Source: Pseudobdellovibrionaceae bacterium
GTDB taxonomy: Bacteria; Bdellovibrionota; Bdellovibrionia; Bdellovibrionales; Bdellovibrionaceae
NCBI GenBank assembly: GCA_039810425.1
Contig: JBDHWW010000034.1
Coordinates: forward strand, 1-33,022
Reading direction: 5' to 3'
DNA: 33,022 bases
In this document: one piece after another, positions 1 to 8,073 of the stretch
Layout of the letters: every line of letters begins with the position of its first letter
Position numbering within the stretch: position 1 is the stretch's first letter
Translations under genes and position numbers: made by a program
Notes under the pieces: model-generated
Databases searched by the model: none
Seen by the model: the letters and a program-made list of their open reading frames with translations, nothing else
Told to the model about the DNA's origin: nothing

Positions 1-22
1 CGTCCGCCCCCATTCCCCGGGA

Positions 23-49
23 AAAGACGGACCATCCGGGTCCGTCTTT
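23..49. terminator. Intrinsic terminator-like hairpin, possibly bidirectional
   Basis: Perfect 11-bp inverted repeat AAAGACGGACC (23-33) / GGTCCGTCTTT (39-49) with a 5-nt loop, A-run on the left and T-rich run on the right. Confidence 0.7.
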
Positions 50-62
50 ATTATCTCAATTA

Positions 63-162
63 AGCCTGGAACTCCTGAATAGAGCCTAGAACTCCTGATG
101 CGGGAGGCATCAGGAGTAGCGGGAGTTTGAGGGGAGAGCCCTCAACAGACAGGATGTCTGTT
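63..162. ncRNA. Candidate structured sRNA: three tandem hairpins with GGA (plus) / UCC-rich (minus) loops
   Basis: Perfect stems at 91-101/107-117, 127-133/139-145 and 144-151/155-162. Also a 16-nt direct repeat at 63-78/83-98 with one mismatch. Strand unresolved. Confidence 0.4.
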
Positions 163-410
163 TGCAGTGACTTTGCGGCAATAAAAAACTCCGCATTCTC
201 CACCAAAGCCTTGATTTCACTTCGACACATTATCACCAAGCACTCACAGCAACGCAGTGATAGGACCAAAAGTGTCAAATATACGCTCGTCTTTACGGGT
301 CCTCAAGATTGAGGCCCTGTAAAATGCCGCTTGCGTGGCTCCGGCTTTGCAGCGATCCCCTTAGGATGTTTGACTTGAGCGTGCTGTCGAAAAGTTCTTC
401 AGGAGAAACT

Positions 411-1301
411 ATGTTTAAAAAACTTATTCTGCTCCCGCTCCTTCTGGCTCTCCCCGCGACCCTGCTCGCGCAGGCGGCTCCTATGTGCACCAGCGTGACC
501 TTGTGTCTTCAAGAAAGCTATCGCCAAAGTCGGCCGCGCCTGCCTGATTATATTCACGAAAAGACTCAGGAATGCGCCCTTCTTCAGGAATCTCAAGGAA
601 AAGAAGCGTATCAGAAATGCCACGCGAAAATCGTCGATTTTTCGCAAAAGGCTCTGTCTTGCAACGTCGATGTGAATAGGCTCGCCGAAGCTGTAAAGTA
701 CGATAATAAACATTTACAATACATCATAGGCGACAACGGTGGCGAAGTGGCCGTTCCAGAAGATATCCAAAAGATTTTTATTAACCTGACTCAGGCTGCG
801 GATAAGAACTTCAAATTCCCGTTGAAACAACCCGTTTGGAAGCTGCATGCGTACTCTTCAAAGACTGCAAATGCCCATGCCGGCGCAAACGGAGAGATCC
901 TGATCAGCAGCTTCTTCTGGGATTCAAATACAAAATTCTCTCTCGGTGAAATTGCTGGCATTCTGGGGCACGAAATCTCGCATGTCATTCACCGCGACTC
1001 CCTTCATTTGGGATGCTTAGCCCATGAGTGGGTAGGTTCGAACCTGCCACTGACCATCGAAGAACTCACAACTATCTTCCGCGAGGATTCCTCAATAGGG
1101 ACCCCTGGTAGAAACCAATGGAATGAGGTTTCTCAATCACTCGAGCTCAATGCTGACCAAGGAGGCAAGACGCTCTTAGGACTGGCAGGCCTGGATCCGG
1201 CTCTGATGGCGCAGGCTCTTCAGAAACTGGCAGAAAGCACCTCGGAGGGGACCTCGGGCTCCCACCCCGGCTTTATTTCCCGGCTGCAGAACCTGAAATA
1301 G
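411..1301 (+). CDS. Secreted M48 (Ste24p/HtpX/BepA-like) zinc metallopeptidase
   Basis: Start moved to ATG 411 (AGGAG RBS at 401-405). Signal peptide MFKKLILLPLLLALPATLLAQA; NAHA motif, GHEISH (HExxH), ELNAD (ExxAD) and C-terminal SHP...R. Confidence 0.85.
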   Translation: MFKKLILLPLLLALPATLLAQAAPMCTSVTLCLQESYRQSRPRLPDYIHEKTQECALLQESQGKEAYQKCHAKIVDFSQKALSCNVDVNRLAEAVKYDNKHLQYIIGDNGGEVAVPEDIQKIFINLTQAADKNFKFPLKQPVWKLHAYSSKTANAHAGANGEILISSFFWDSNTKFSLGEIAGILGHEISHVIHRDSLHLGCLAHEWVGSNLPLTIEELTTIFREDSSIGTPGRNQWNEVSQSLELNADQGGKTLLGLAGLDPALMAQALQKLAESTSEGTSGSHPGFISRLQNLK

Positions 1302-1390
1302 CCCGTTTACCGGATCGTCTTGCAAATTTGCACTTCACCCGCTTTTGGCAAAGCTCCGAACGGAACTTTTCCGCTAGACAAGATTTTTCG

Positions 1391-1843
1391 TCAAGGCGAC
1401 GTGACCTTCCAGCGGCCATCCCGCTTTTGTAATTTCATCTTATAGACAATCAACTCAACTCCCTCAGCTTGCACCTGCTGATGAATGAGGTTCAGTGCAT
1501 TTGATACGTTGAACGTCATCTCTTTCTTTTCATCAAGCTTTGCCATGATGTCGATCAAAGCTTCGCGCTCTTTTGGCGGAACCGTTTTTAAAGTGACAAC
1601 AACCTGGGCTTCTTCGCCGGTGATCTCCACGCGCTGGATTTCAACATCCGATTTATCAACCAAAGTTTTAACGGCGATCTTTTGCAAGTTTGCTTTTCCC
1701 ATCACGGCTTTTCCAATCTCCTCCCGAAGCTGCGCTTGGTAACGCTCTTTTGCACCTTCCAGCGAAGCGTCTTTGACTTTGGATTCATCCGAACAGCCGG
1801 CAAGGCCCAGCACCAAACCTAAAGTGAGTAAATATATTTTCAT
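1391..1843 (-). CDS. Hypothetical lipoprotein
   Basis: Lipoprotein signal ending in lipobox LAGC. Lies 10 nt downstream of the CHAD gene on the same strand. Confidence 0.8.
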   Translation of the reverse strand: MKIYLLTLGLVLGLAGCSDESKVKDASLEGAKERYQAQLREEIGKAVMGKANLQKIAVKTLVDKSDVEIQRVEITGEEAQVVVTLKTVPPKEREALIDIMAKLDEKKEMTFNVSNALNLIHQQVQAEGVELIVYKMKLQKRDGRWKVTSP

Positions 1844-1853
1844 GACTTAAAGC

Positions 1854-2579
1854 TTAGCGAAGGACCTCGAGGACTTCAAGACCCGAGCGTAAAGCTGGAC
1901 GGATATGCTTTTTGGCCTGATGGCGCTCTTTGTGATTGGCCTTACGGACGGATTTTACCTGGTCAAAGTACTCGCTTAAAACCGTGAGGTCATGACTTTT
2001 ACCCAAGTGATCCTGCAGATCCTTAAGGTCTTCCACCGGTAAGCCCATGCACTCAAACGCATAGCGGATCTTCTTCGTCGAAATTCTGAGTTGGTGCAGC
2101 TCTTTTGCCGAGAATTTTTTCTGTTTCAGCCACGATTTTAGCCGTCTTCGCATTTTCTTGAGTTGATCAGCATGGATTTGAATCTTTTCGTCTCTGAGTG
2201 TCCGTTCAAACGCCGCAAACTGTCCTGGCAAAGCTTTGACTCCGGCGCTGAGCAAGAGTCGGCGGAGTTTGACCCCGGCATCTCTTTGGCCTTTACGAAG
2301 TTTTCCGTCCTTAAGACAGTACTTATGGGCGCCTTTCAAAGCCACATCCCACTGACGGCGCACGCCCAGCGCGCGGGCCAACTTTTTAAGATTATTCTTG
2401 GCATTCACAACCAGTTGATGAGCCGTGCTCTTTTCAATCATCCCCAGCTGTGCGCACAGACGACGCGTACTCACACGCAGCTCATGAGTGCCTTCATAAG
2501 TTATGGACTTCGTTTGACCACGCAGCAAACGACCGAATTTCCCCACTTCGTCTTTAAAACGTGTTTCAACAAAATCCAT
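1854..2579 (-). CDS. CHAD domain protein (polyphosphate-binding)
   Basis: HELRVSTRRL, LGVRRQWDV, LHQLRISTKKIRY and LQDHLGKSHD motifs; very basic; 1 nt from the ppk2 stop. Confidence 0.88.
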   Translation of the reverse strand: MDFVETRFKDEVGKFGRLLRGQTKSITYEGTHELRVSTRRLCAQLGMIEKSTAHQLVVNAKNNLKKLARALGVRRQWDVALKGAHKYCLKDGKLRKGQRDAGVKLRRLLLSAGVKALPGQFAAFERTLRDEKIQIHADQLKKMRRRLKSWLKQKKFSAKELHQLRISTKKIRYAFECMGLPVEDLKDLQDHLGKSHDLTVLSEYFDQVKSVRKANHKERHQAKKHIRPALRSGLEVLEVLR

Positions 2580-2580
2580 C

Positions 2581-3402
2581 CTACCTCAGGGAATCTTTTT
2601 TATACCCCAGCTTCCTCAGTGCCTCTTCGAGACTTAAAATTCCCGCCTTCTGGCTCTGACTGTCCATCCATTCTTGGTGAAGTTTCAAATGCTTGGTCAC
2701 GATCTTTAAAACTTCGATCCGCGCATAGTCTTTGTCATTTGCCGGAACCAAATACCACGGTGCGGTTTTCTTAGAGGTGCGCTCGAGCATCTCGTCTCCG
2801 GCATGGACGTAGTCCTTCCATTGAGCACGGGCCTTCACGTCATCTTCTGTGATTTTCCACTGTTTGTAGGGATCTGTCAGACGCTCCTCAAAGCGTTTGA
2901 GTTGCTCTTTCTTGTCGATTGCCAGAAAGATCTTAACGATCTCAATCCCATCATCGACGAGCATCTTTTCGAAATCACAGATCTCTCCATACGCGGCCTC
3001 AACGCGCTTCTTCGGCGTGAGCTCGTTTACTTTCTCAACAAGCACCCGCCCATACCAGGAGCGGTCAAAGATCGCAATGGTCCCAGGGGATGGCAGACGC
3101 TGCCAAAAACGATAGAGATAATGTTTTTGTTGTTCATCCCCCTCAGGGGGGCCAATGGAATGAACATGGAAGCCCCGCGGATCGAGGGTTTCCACCAGGC
3201 GACGAATCGAGCCCCCTTTGCCGGCAGCATCGAACCCTTCAAAGACGATGACCGCGCGTTTTTTCTGATGCCAGATCCCCTGCTGAATGCGCAGCATTTG
3301 AAATTGCAGATCACGCAAGAGACCTTCTGTTTTTTTACTGTCTTTGAGCTCCGGGAAGTCTTTGTCGTGCAAAAGCTTTGCAAGTTTTCCGTGATGAGAC
3401 AA
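2581..3402 (-). CDS. ppk2: Polyphosphate kinase 2 family, single domain
   Basis: Walker A FEGFDAAGKGG, DRSWYGRVLVE, lid RFEER..DPYKQWKITEDD. TTG start with AAAGGAG RBS. Confidence 0.92.
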   Translation of the reverse strand: MSHHGKLAKLLHDKDFPELKDSKKTEGLLRDLQFQMLRIQQGIWHQKKRAVIVFEGFDAAGKGGSIRRLVETLDPRGFHVHSIGPPEGDEQQKHYLYRFWQRLPSPGTIAIFDRSWYGRVLVEKVNELTPKKRVEAAYGEICDFEKMLVDDGIEIVKIFLAIDKKEQLKRFEERLTDPYKQWKITEDDVKARAQWKDYVHAGDEMLERTSKKTAPWYLVPANDKDYARIEVLKIVTKHLKLHQEWMDSQSQKAGILSLEEALRKLGYKKDSLR

Positions 3403-3471
3403 GAAGTCGCTCCTTTGATGAAATTAGTGACTAAACCATGCCTTCGCCAAAGACTCGCCCTTCTAAGTCGC

Positions 3472-3490
3472 TACGGCACTTTACGGCACT
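3472..3490. repeat. Tandem 9-bp direct repeat TACGGCACT with 10-bp period; candidate transcription-factor site
   Basis: Exact copies at 3472-3480 and 3482-3490 in the divergent ppk2/3654 intergenic region. Confidence 0.55.
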
Positions 3491-3552
3491 ATGTAGTAAA
3501 ACGATTAGACACATATTTTGCCTTCAGATCGAAATAAACAAGTTTTTAGTAT

Positions 3553-3568
3553 TGGCATAGATATCGCA
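3553..3568 (+). promoter_or_regulatory. Putative sigma54 (-24/-12) promoter
   Basis: TGGCAT-AGATA-TCGCA, with exact GG-N10-GC spacing against consensus TGGCAC-N5-TTGCA. Confidence 0.55.
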
Positions 3569-3653
3569 GCATGACCCCTTCATAGAAATCGTTGCAAGTG
3601 GACCAAAGGGAAATTAATCCCACCACCTTTGCTGCGGTATAAGGTATCATCAT

Positions 3654-4109
3654 ATGAAAAAATCAGTTGTTTCACTAGCACTAATTCTATCTTTTGTAGC
3701 TCCTGCGTTGGCTACGGCGTCTTCTCAGCCTGCAAATCGCGCTGATGTCAGCGTGCAAAAAATTGACGAGATCAATACCGAGATCTCTAGCATCCGTTCT
3801 CAGTTACTTGCCGCAAAAATCAAAAAATACACTGCTTTAACAGTGTCAGTAACTGCCGGTGTAGTTTCTGCCGCTTCACTCTGGGCTCGCGTGGCTAATT
3901 TAGGCGAGGGTGGTCTCTATTTTTCTTTGCGCAGAGATGAGTTCAGCACTGGCTTGGAAGCGGCTACAGTAATTTCAGGCGCGGCTTCAGTTGGATCTCG
4001 CTACTATGCGAGCTTAAAATCCGATGAAATAGAAGCCTTTGATGCAAAGCTTGAGTCATTGCAAAAACTTTTGTTGGCTACTCGCGCTGGTTTAGAGGCT
4101 GCTGAGTAA
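3654..4109 (+). CDS. Secreted hypothetical protein: coiled coil, Gly/Ala/Ser-rich hydrophobic hairpin, coiled coil
   Basis: Signal peptide MKKSVVSLALILSFVAPALA; heptad-like segments flank two moderately hydrophobic stretches; AAGG RBS. Confidence 0.75.
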   Translation: MKKSVVSLALILSFVAPALATASSQPANRADVSVQKIDEINTEISSIRSQLLAAKIKKYTALTVSVTAGVVSAASLWARVANLGEGGLYFSLRRDEFSTGLEAATVISGAASVGSRYYASLKSDEIEAFDAKLESLQKLLLATRAGLEAAE

Positions 4110-4114
4110 ATTTT

Positions 4115-4927
4115 ATGAGATTTTCAGCAAGACTTTCTAAATTTATGTTCGTGATATTGAGTTTTGCTGTTGTTTCCAGTGTGGGACAGGCTAGCGCCCA
4201 ACATTTTAATGATCGGGCTACTGTCCTGTCCCAGGATGATTACGACGTTTACTTTTCAACTATAAAAAAATGCTCCGGTACGAATAGGATTCGTTCCCTT
4301 TGGAGCGGAATGAATTTTGAAGTGGCCGCGAGCAGTGCAACTTCAGTTTTCAAGATAGTTTCAATCGACACTAATGCAATTTTTGACTTTGTTGAAAATA
4401 GAGGGCTTTCTCCCGAATTCAGTCACATACTTCACTCTTTAGGCCTCTACATGGCGCTCAATGACTGCTATGGCGATGACGATGTTGCAAAGCAAGCCTA
4501 TTTTGTGGGTTTACTTCTTTCAGATGCCGCTGGAAAAATAGGAAGTTTACGGGTCGCATTCGCCGCGTTGGCTAGCATTAGGGGATTGACCTCGATTGGG
4601 AAAATTTCACCGCACGCTCTTGCTCTATTCCAGGCTGCTGGCGCAACAGGTGCTATTTATTGTGCGTACAAGACAATCTACAGCGAATTCCAGCCGCGTA
4701 CTAAAGAGGAAGAGCTAAGAGTTGAATCGGTCCAAAAACAAGCGTTCAACCAGCCTCTCTTATATGTCGATTCCGCAAAGGGTTTAATAAGCGATAAAAT
4801 TCAAGAAATTGAACAAAGGCTTACAACTGATTTGAGTTCAGTAGAGCGCCATAATTTGCAGAAAAAAGTTGAAAAACTTCGTCAGTCACTTCAAGAAATC
4901 AATGATCTTGAAAAAAAGATTTCTTGA
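4115..4927 (+). CDS. Secreted hypothetical protein with hydrophobic core and C-terminal coiled coil
   Basis: Signal-like N-terminus; Ala/Gly-rich hydrophobic middle; C-terminal LQKKVEKLRQSLQEINDLEKK; 5 nt after the previous stop. Confidence 0.75.
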   Translation: MRFSARLSKFMFVILSFAVVSSVGQASAQHFNDRATVLSQDDYDVYFSTIKKCSGTNRIRSLWSGMNFEVAASSATSVFKIVSIDTNAIFDFVENRGLSPEFSHILHSLGLYMALNDCYGDDDVAKQAYFVGLLLSDAAGKIGSLRVAFAALASIRGLTSIGKISPHALALFQAAGATGAIYCAYKTIYSEFQPRTKEEELRVESVQKQAFNQPLLYVDSAKGLISDKIQEIEQRLTTDLSSVERHNLQKKVEKLRQSLQEINDLEKKIS

Positions 4928-4962
4928 CTACAAATATCTGTCGTACACTCTCATCCCCACAC

Positions 4963-5430
4963 TCACCGATCTAGGTCTTGTGCTGGGGGTTTAGGCCAAA
5001 GCATGTGTGGCAACTCATGATCTGAAATGTGAACCAGATCTTTGTGTAAAGTGTCGCACACAGCGTTGGCCGTTTTCTTTGATAAGGCCGTTCGCACTTT
5101 TCCTAAAAAATTAGGTTCACTGACCAAAACCAATTGCTCAAATAGATGTTCATTGGCCGCACGGTCTAGTTCTTCTGAAATGGTTTTTGCAAACATCTGC
5201 GCAACCCGGTCCGTCGGTGGCTGAGGGTTCGTACGACTGCCCCGTCCATAGTTGAAGCCTCCAAAGTAAGTGCCCGGGCGATCCGCATTAATTTCTTGAT
5301 CCTTCAGTCTTCCTCTGGGGTTTTCAAGTCGTTTCACAAGTTTCAGGTTTTTGTCAAAGACTCCATTCTTTTCGTTTGTCTCATAAAGTCTTGCCTCAGT
5401 TCGATTGACAACCGCTACCCAGGTTTTCAT
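4963..5430 (-). CDS. Host attachment protein family (AtsE / baeRF12-like)
   Basis: TWVAVVNRTEARLY, ADRPG, FAKTISEEL, LVLVSEPNFLGKVR and LHKDL match the family pattern; strong AAAGGAGG RBS. Confidence 0.85.
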   Translation of the reverse strand: MKTWVAVVNRTEARLYETNEKNGVFDKNLKLVKRLENPRGRLKDQEINADRPGTYFGGFNYGRGSRTNPQPPTDRVAQMFAKTISEELDRAANEHLFEQLVLVSEPNFLGKVRTALSKKTANAVCDTLHKDLVHISDHELPHMLWPKPPAQDLDR

Positions 5431-5788
5431 CGTGCCTCCTTTGCTTAGACTTTATTTTACCTTCGTTCTGTAATCCGAACACTTTACGTTTTGGGAATCT
5501 TGTCCAGAAACTGCATTTCCAAGCCATTCTCTCAAAAGACTGCCATCAGATTTTGTGGTATAGGACTCAGATTTCGTCATGGAACAGTGTTGTTTTCCTG
5601 GAGCCACGAAATAGCGGAAATTCGCAGTCCCAACAGCAATATTGTATGCCAGTATGGAATAAATAATCCCCTCCGTGAATGCCGTAGAAGGCATCTCCAC
5701 CGTATAAAGGTCCAGGCTCTGAAGCAAGCGCTTCAAGAAAAAGACAAAACAGGCGCCCATGGACACGACGGTTCAGACCTTCGCCCGT

Positions 5789-5815
5789 TCACTGATGACT
5801 TACAAATGCCGAAAT
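5789..5815 (+). promoter_or_regulatory. Possible sigma28 (FliA)-type promoter of the GGDEF gene
   Basis: TCAC-N15-GCCGAAAT against consensus TAAA-N15-GCCGATAA. Confidence 0.35.
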
Positions 5816-5859
5816 GAAAATGGATCGTTTTGTATTTCTGTTTTTTAAGGAGGCTTAAC

Positions 5860-6960
5860 TTGAAACAATGGGTAAAAAAACTCGTTGATCAATTGGATTG
5901 GAATGAGCAAGAAAAAAGCTCCACGGCGCCGCATGAGGAAATGACGGAAGACAGGGCCACACTCCTCTATATTCTGGATACTTACAGCAAACATCTCTTT
6001 GAAGTGGACAAACAACCCGTGCGTCGGGTCCGCGAAACCTTCGACAATATTGTCAAAGGACTGGTGAATTCAGAGCACTCTTCGGAAAAAATTCTTTTTC
6101 AGCTTCGTCAATTTTTTTCCAGTTATCGTATTGATGAATACACCTACATTCAAAACACTTTCGATGACTTTAAACGCATCATTTGGGATTTTGCGGAGCA
6201 ACTGAGCGACGATGTCCAATACGAGCAAGCCAAAGACGCGGAAGCCGCAAAAAGCCTCGAGCAACTCCGCGAGGCCGTCGATGCCAACTCGATTGATGCC
6301 CTTCGTTCTAAATCCCGTGAGTTCATTGATTTCTATATCAAATACCAAACACAAAAAGACGAGCGCCGCACCAAGCGCATGTCCACAATGAAGAAGTCCC
6401 TAAGCTCAGTGAAAAAACAGTTGATGGAAGCGCACCACAATATGCGCGTGGATCACCTCACTCAAGCCTACAACCGTAAGAGCTTTGACGAACAGATAAA
6501 AAAGCACATGCAAATGTCGGTGATTTCTCAGTACCCAGTGACGCTGATGACTTTGGACATCGACTTTTTCAAGAAAATCAACGATTCCTACGGTCACGAT
6601 ATCGGTGATTTCGTGCTGAAAGAGTGCGTGGTTTTGCTCAAAGAAGTGTTCCACCGCGACGACGACTTCGTCGCCCGTATCGGCGGTGAAGAGTTCGCGG
6701 TGATTTTACCTGGCTTTAACATAGAGAGTGCTCTTGTGAAGGCCGAGGAAGCCCTGAAAAAAATCCGCAGCGAAGTTTTCGTCCATGGCGAGCTGAAGAT
6801 CAATTTTACAGTCTCAATGGGGATCGCCCAATGGACTCAAAACGAGACACCGGACCAGTGGATCAAACGCGCGGATACGGCTCTGTACACTTCCAAGCAA
6901 ACCGGTCGCAACAAATATACTGTGTCTACGCCACTTGAAGCCGTGAAAAAGAGCGCCTAG
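5860..6960 (+). CDS. Cytoplasmic GGDEF diguanylate cyclase with helical N-terminal domain
   Basis: TTG start at 5860 after AAGGAGG. DHLT..YNR, DIDFFKKINDSYGHDIGD, I-site RDDD five residues before the GGEEF A-site, ADTALY.SK..GRN. Confidence 0.93.
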   Translation: MKQWVKKLVDQLDWNEQEKSSTAPHEEMTEDRATLLYILDTYSKHLFEVDKQPVRRVRETFDNIVKGLVNSEHSSEKILFQLRQFFSSYRIDEYTYIQNTFDDFKRIIWDFAEQLSDDVQYEQAKDAEAAKSLEQLREAVDANSIDALRSKSREFIDFYIKYQTQKDERRTKRMSTMKKSLSSVKKQLMEAHHNMRVDHLTQAYNRKSFDEQIKKHMQMSVISQYPVTLMTLDIDFFKKINDSYGHDIGDFVLKECVVLLKEVFHRDDDFVARIGGEEFAVILPGFNIESALVKAEEALKKIRSEVFVHGELKINFTVSMGIAQWTQNETPDQWIKRADTALYTSKQTGRNKYTVSTPLEAVKKSA

Positions 6961-7067
6961 CGCTGTTAGAGTTCTCACACCCTGTTCTGTGAATAGTGAT
7001 TGCTAACCAGCCCATTGACACCACGGCGAGAGTAACATCTCGCTGCGATTTTATCGGCCTTTCATGC

Positions 7068-7083
7068 TGGCCCCATGCTTGCA
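7068..7083 (+). promoter_or_regulatory. Putative sigma54 (-24/-12) promoter, implying a near-leaderless mRNA
   Basis: TGGCCC-CATGC-TTGCA with GG-N10-GC spacing; ATG 7096 lies 14 nt after the -12 C. Confidence 0.55.
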
Positions 7084-7095
7084 ATGGGGTCAGGT

Positions 7096-8073
7096 ATGAA
7101 AACGGTTTCTCTCCTTCTCAGCCTTCCACTCCTCACCACAACTTTCCAAGCCACTGCGGATGTGAATATGAAAGATGCGGGCTATTATAAGACCTGGATC
7201 GACCTCGAGATCCAGCGAGGCTCGAGGGTCTTCCAGCTGCGGCGGACCTACTCGAGTCGGTCCCTGCACCAGGGACTTTTCGGATTCGGGTGGTGCTCCG
7301 ACCTCGAGAAGGGCTTGGACCTGAGGAGGAAGCCCGAAGAAATTGTCCTCCAAGATTGTAGACTGAATGCCCCGATAAAGTTCCGAAAAATCTCTCCGAC
7401 CTTGTACAAATCCTCCTCGCAAGAAACTCTCGAATACCGCAACCAAGAATACCTCAGAACGACCTCGAAAAAATCACTTCAAATATTTAATAAAATTGGA
7501 AAATTAGTGAGCCTCGTCGATGCTAGCGGAGACCGCCTGGATCTCAGCTACGATCTCACCGGCTTTTTGCATAAACTCCGCTACAACAACTCATCAGAAA
7601 TCCTGGTGAGGGCGGACACTGCCAAGAAGCGCATTCTGCAAATCACCACTCCCCACAATCCAGGCGTCCTCTATACCTACCTCGGACAGGATCTGGTCCA
7701 AGTTCGTAATGCATGGAAGAATGTTTTTAACTATCAATACGATGGGCTCCACAACTTAACACGGGTGCAGTATCCAAACCAAACCCAGGAGCTCATCGTT
7801 TACAATACTGAAAAAGACTGGGTGATCAAGATCACCCACCGCGATCTCTGCGAAGACCGGTTCAAGTTTGAACGTCAAGGCGCGGGCGACAACTACACCG
7901 CGACCGCTGAAAAGCACTGCAAGAATAAAGTCATAGCTAAAACGACCTACGAATTCCGGCACAAGGCCCGTGCCGATGGATCAAAGTATCTGGATCAAGT
8001 GAAAGTTTCACAAGGAAACAAAATCCAGAGAGTTTCTTACACACTTCCGGGGCCCCTCGATGTCACTCAGTAA
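7096..8073 (+). CDS. Secreted short YD/RHS-repeat protein (DUF6531-like N-terminus)
   Basis: Signal peptide from ATG 7096; RTYSSRSL..GLFGFGW motif; YD repeats (LSYDLTG, YTYLG, YQYDGLHNLTRVQYP). No RHS core end or toxin tip. Confidence 0.78.
   Translation: MKTVSLLLSLPLLTTTFQATADVNMKDAGYYKTWIDLEIQRGSRVFQLRRTYSSRSLHQGLFGFGWCSDLEKGLDLRRKPEEIVLQDCRLNAPIKFRKISPTLYKSSSQETLEYRNQEYLRTTSKKSLQIFNKIGKLVSLVDASGDRLDLSYDLTGFLHKLRYNNSSEILVRADTAKKRILQITTPHNPGVLYTYLGQDLVQVRNAWKNVFNYQYDGLHNLTRVQYPNQTQELIVYNTEKDWVIKITHRDLCEDRFKFERQGAGDNYTATAEKHCKNKVIAKTTYEFRHKARADGSKYLDQVKVSQGNKIQRVSYTLPGPLDVTQ

Noticed and set aside
60..278. Minus-strand small ORF (56 aa from ATG 230)
   Set aside because: No RBS or family motif, and its 3' half runs through perfect hairpins better explained as RNA structure. 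Not excluded, but not supportable as a CDS.
1321..1332. Perfect 12-bp palindrome TGCAAATTTGCA
   Set aside because: Sits between convergent gene ends with no promoter context; may be chance.
2163..3537. Long + strand ORFs 2163-2774 and 2803-3537
   Set aside because: Antisense shadows of the well-supported CHAD and ppk2 genes, with no motifs. The same applies to similar shadows such as 9823-10341, 15433-16017, 19547-20110 and 29544-30161.
6580..6700. Hypr (cGAMP-producing) or degenerate GGDEF
   Set aside because: The specificity residue is the canonical Asp (GHDIGD) and both A-site and I-site are intact.
7096..8073. Classical RHS polymorphic toxin locus
   Set aside because: No DPxG core boundary, no C-terminal toxin, no immunity gene and no PAAR/VgrG.
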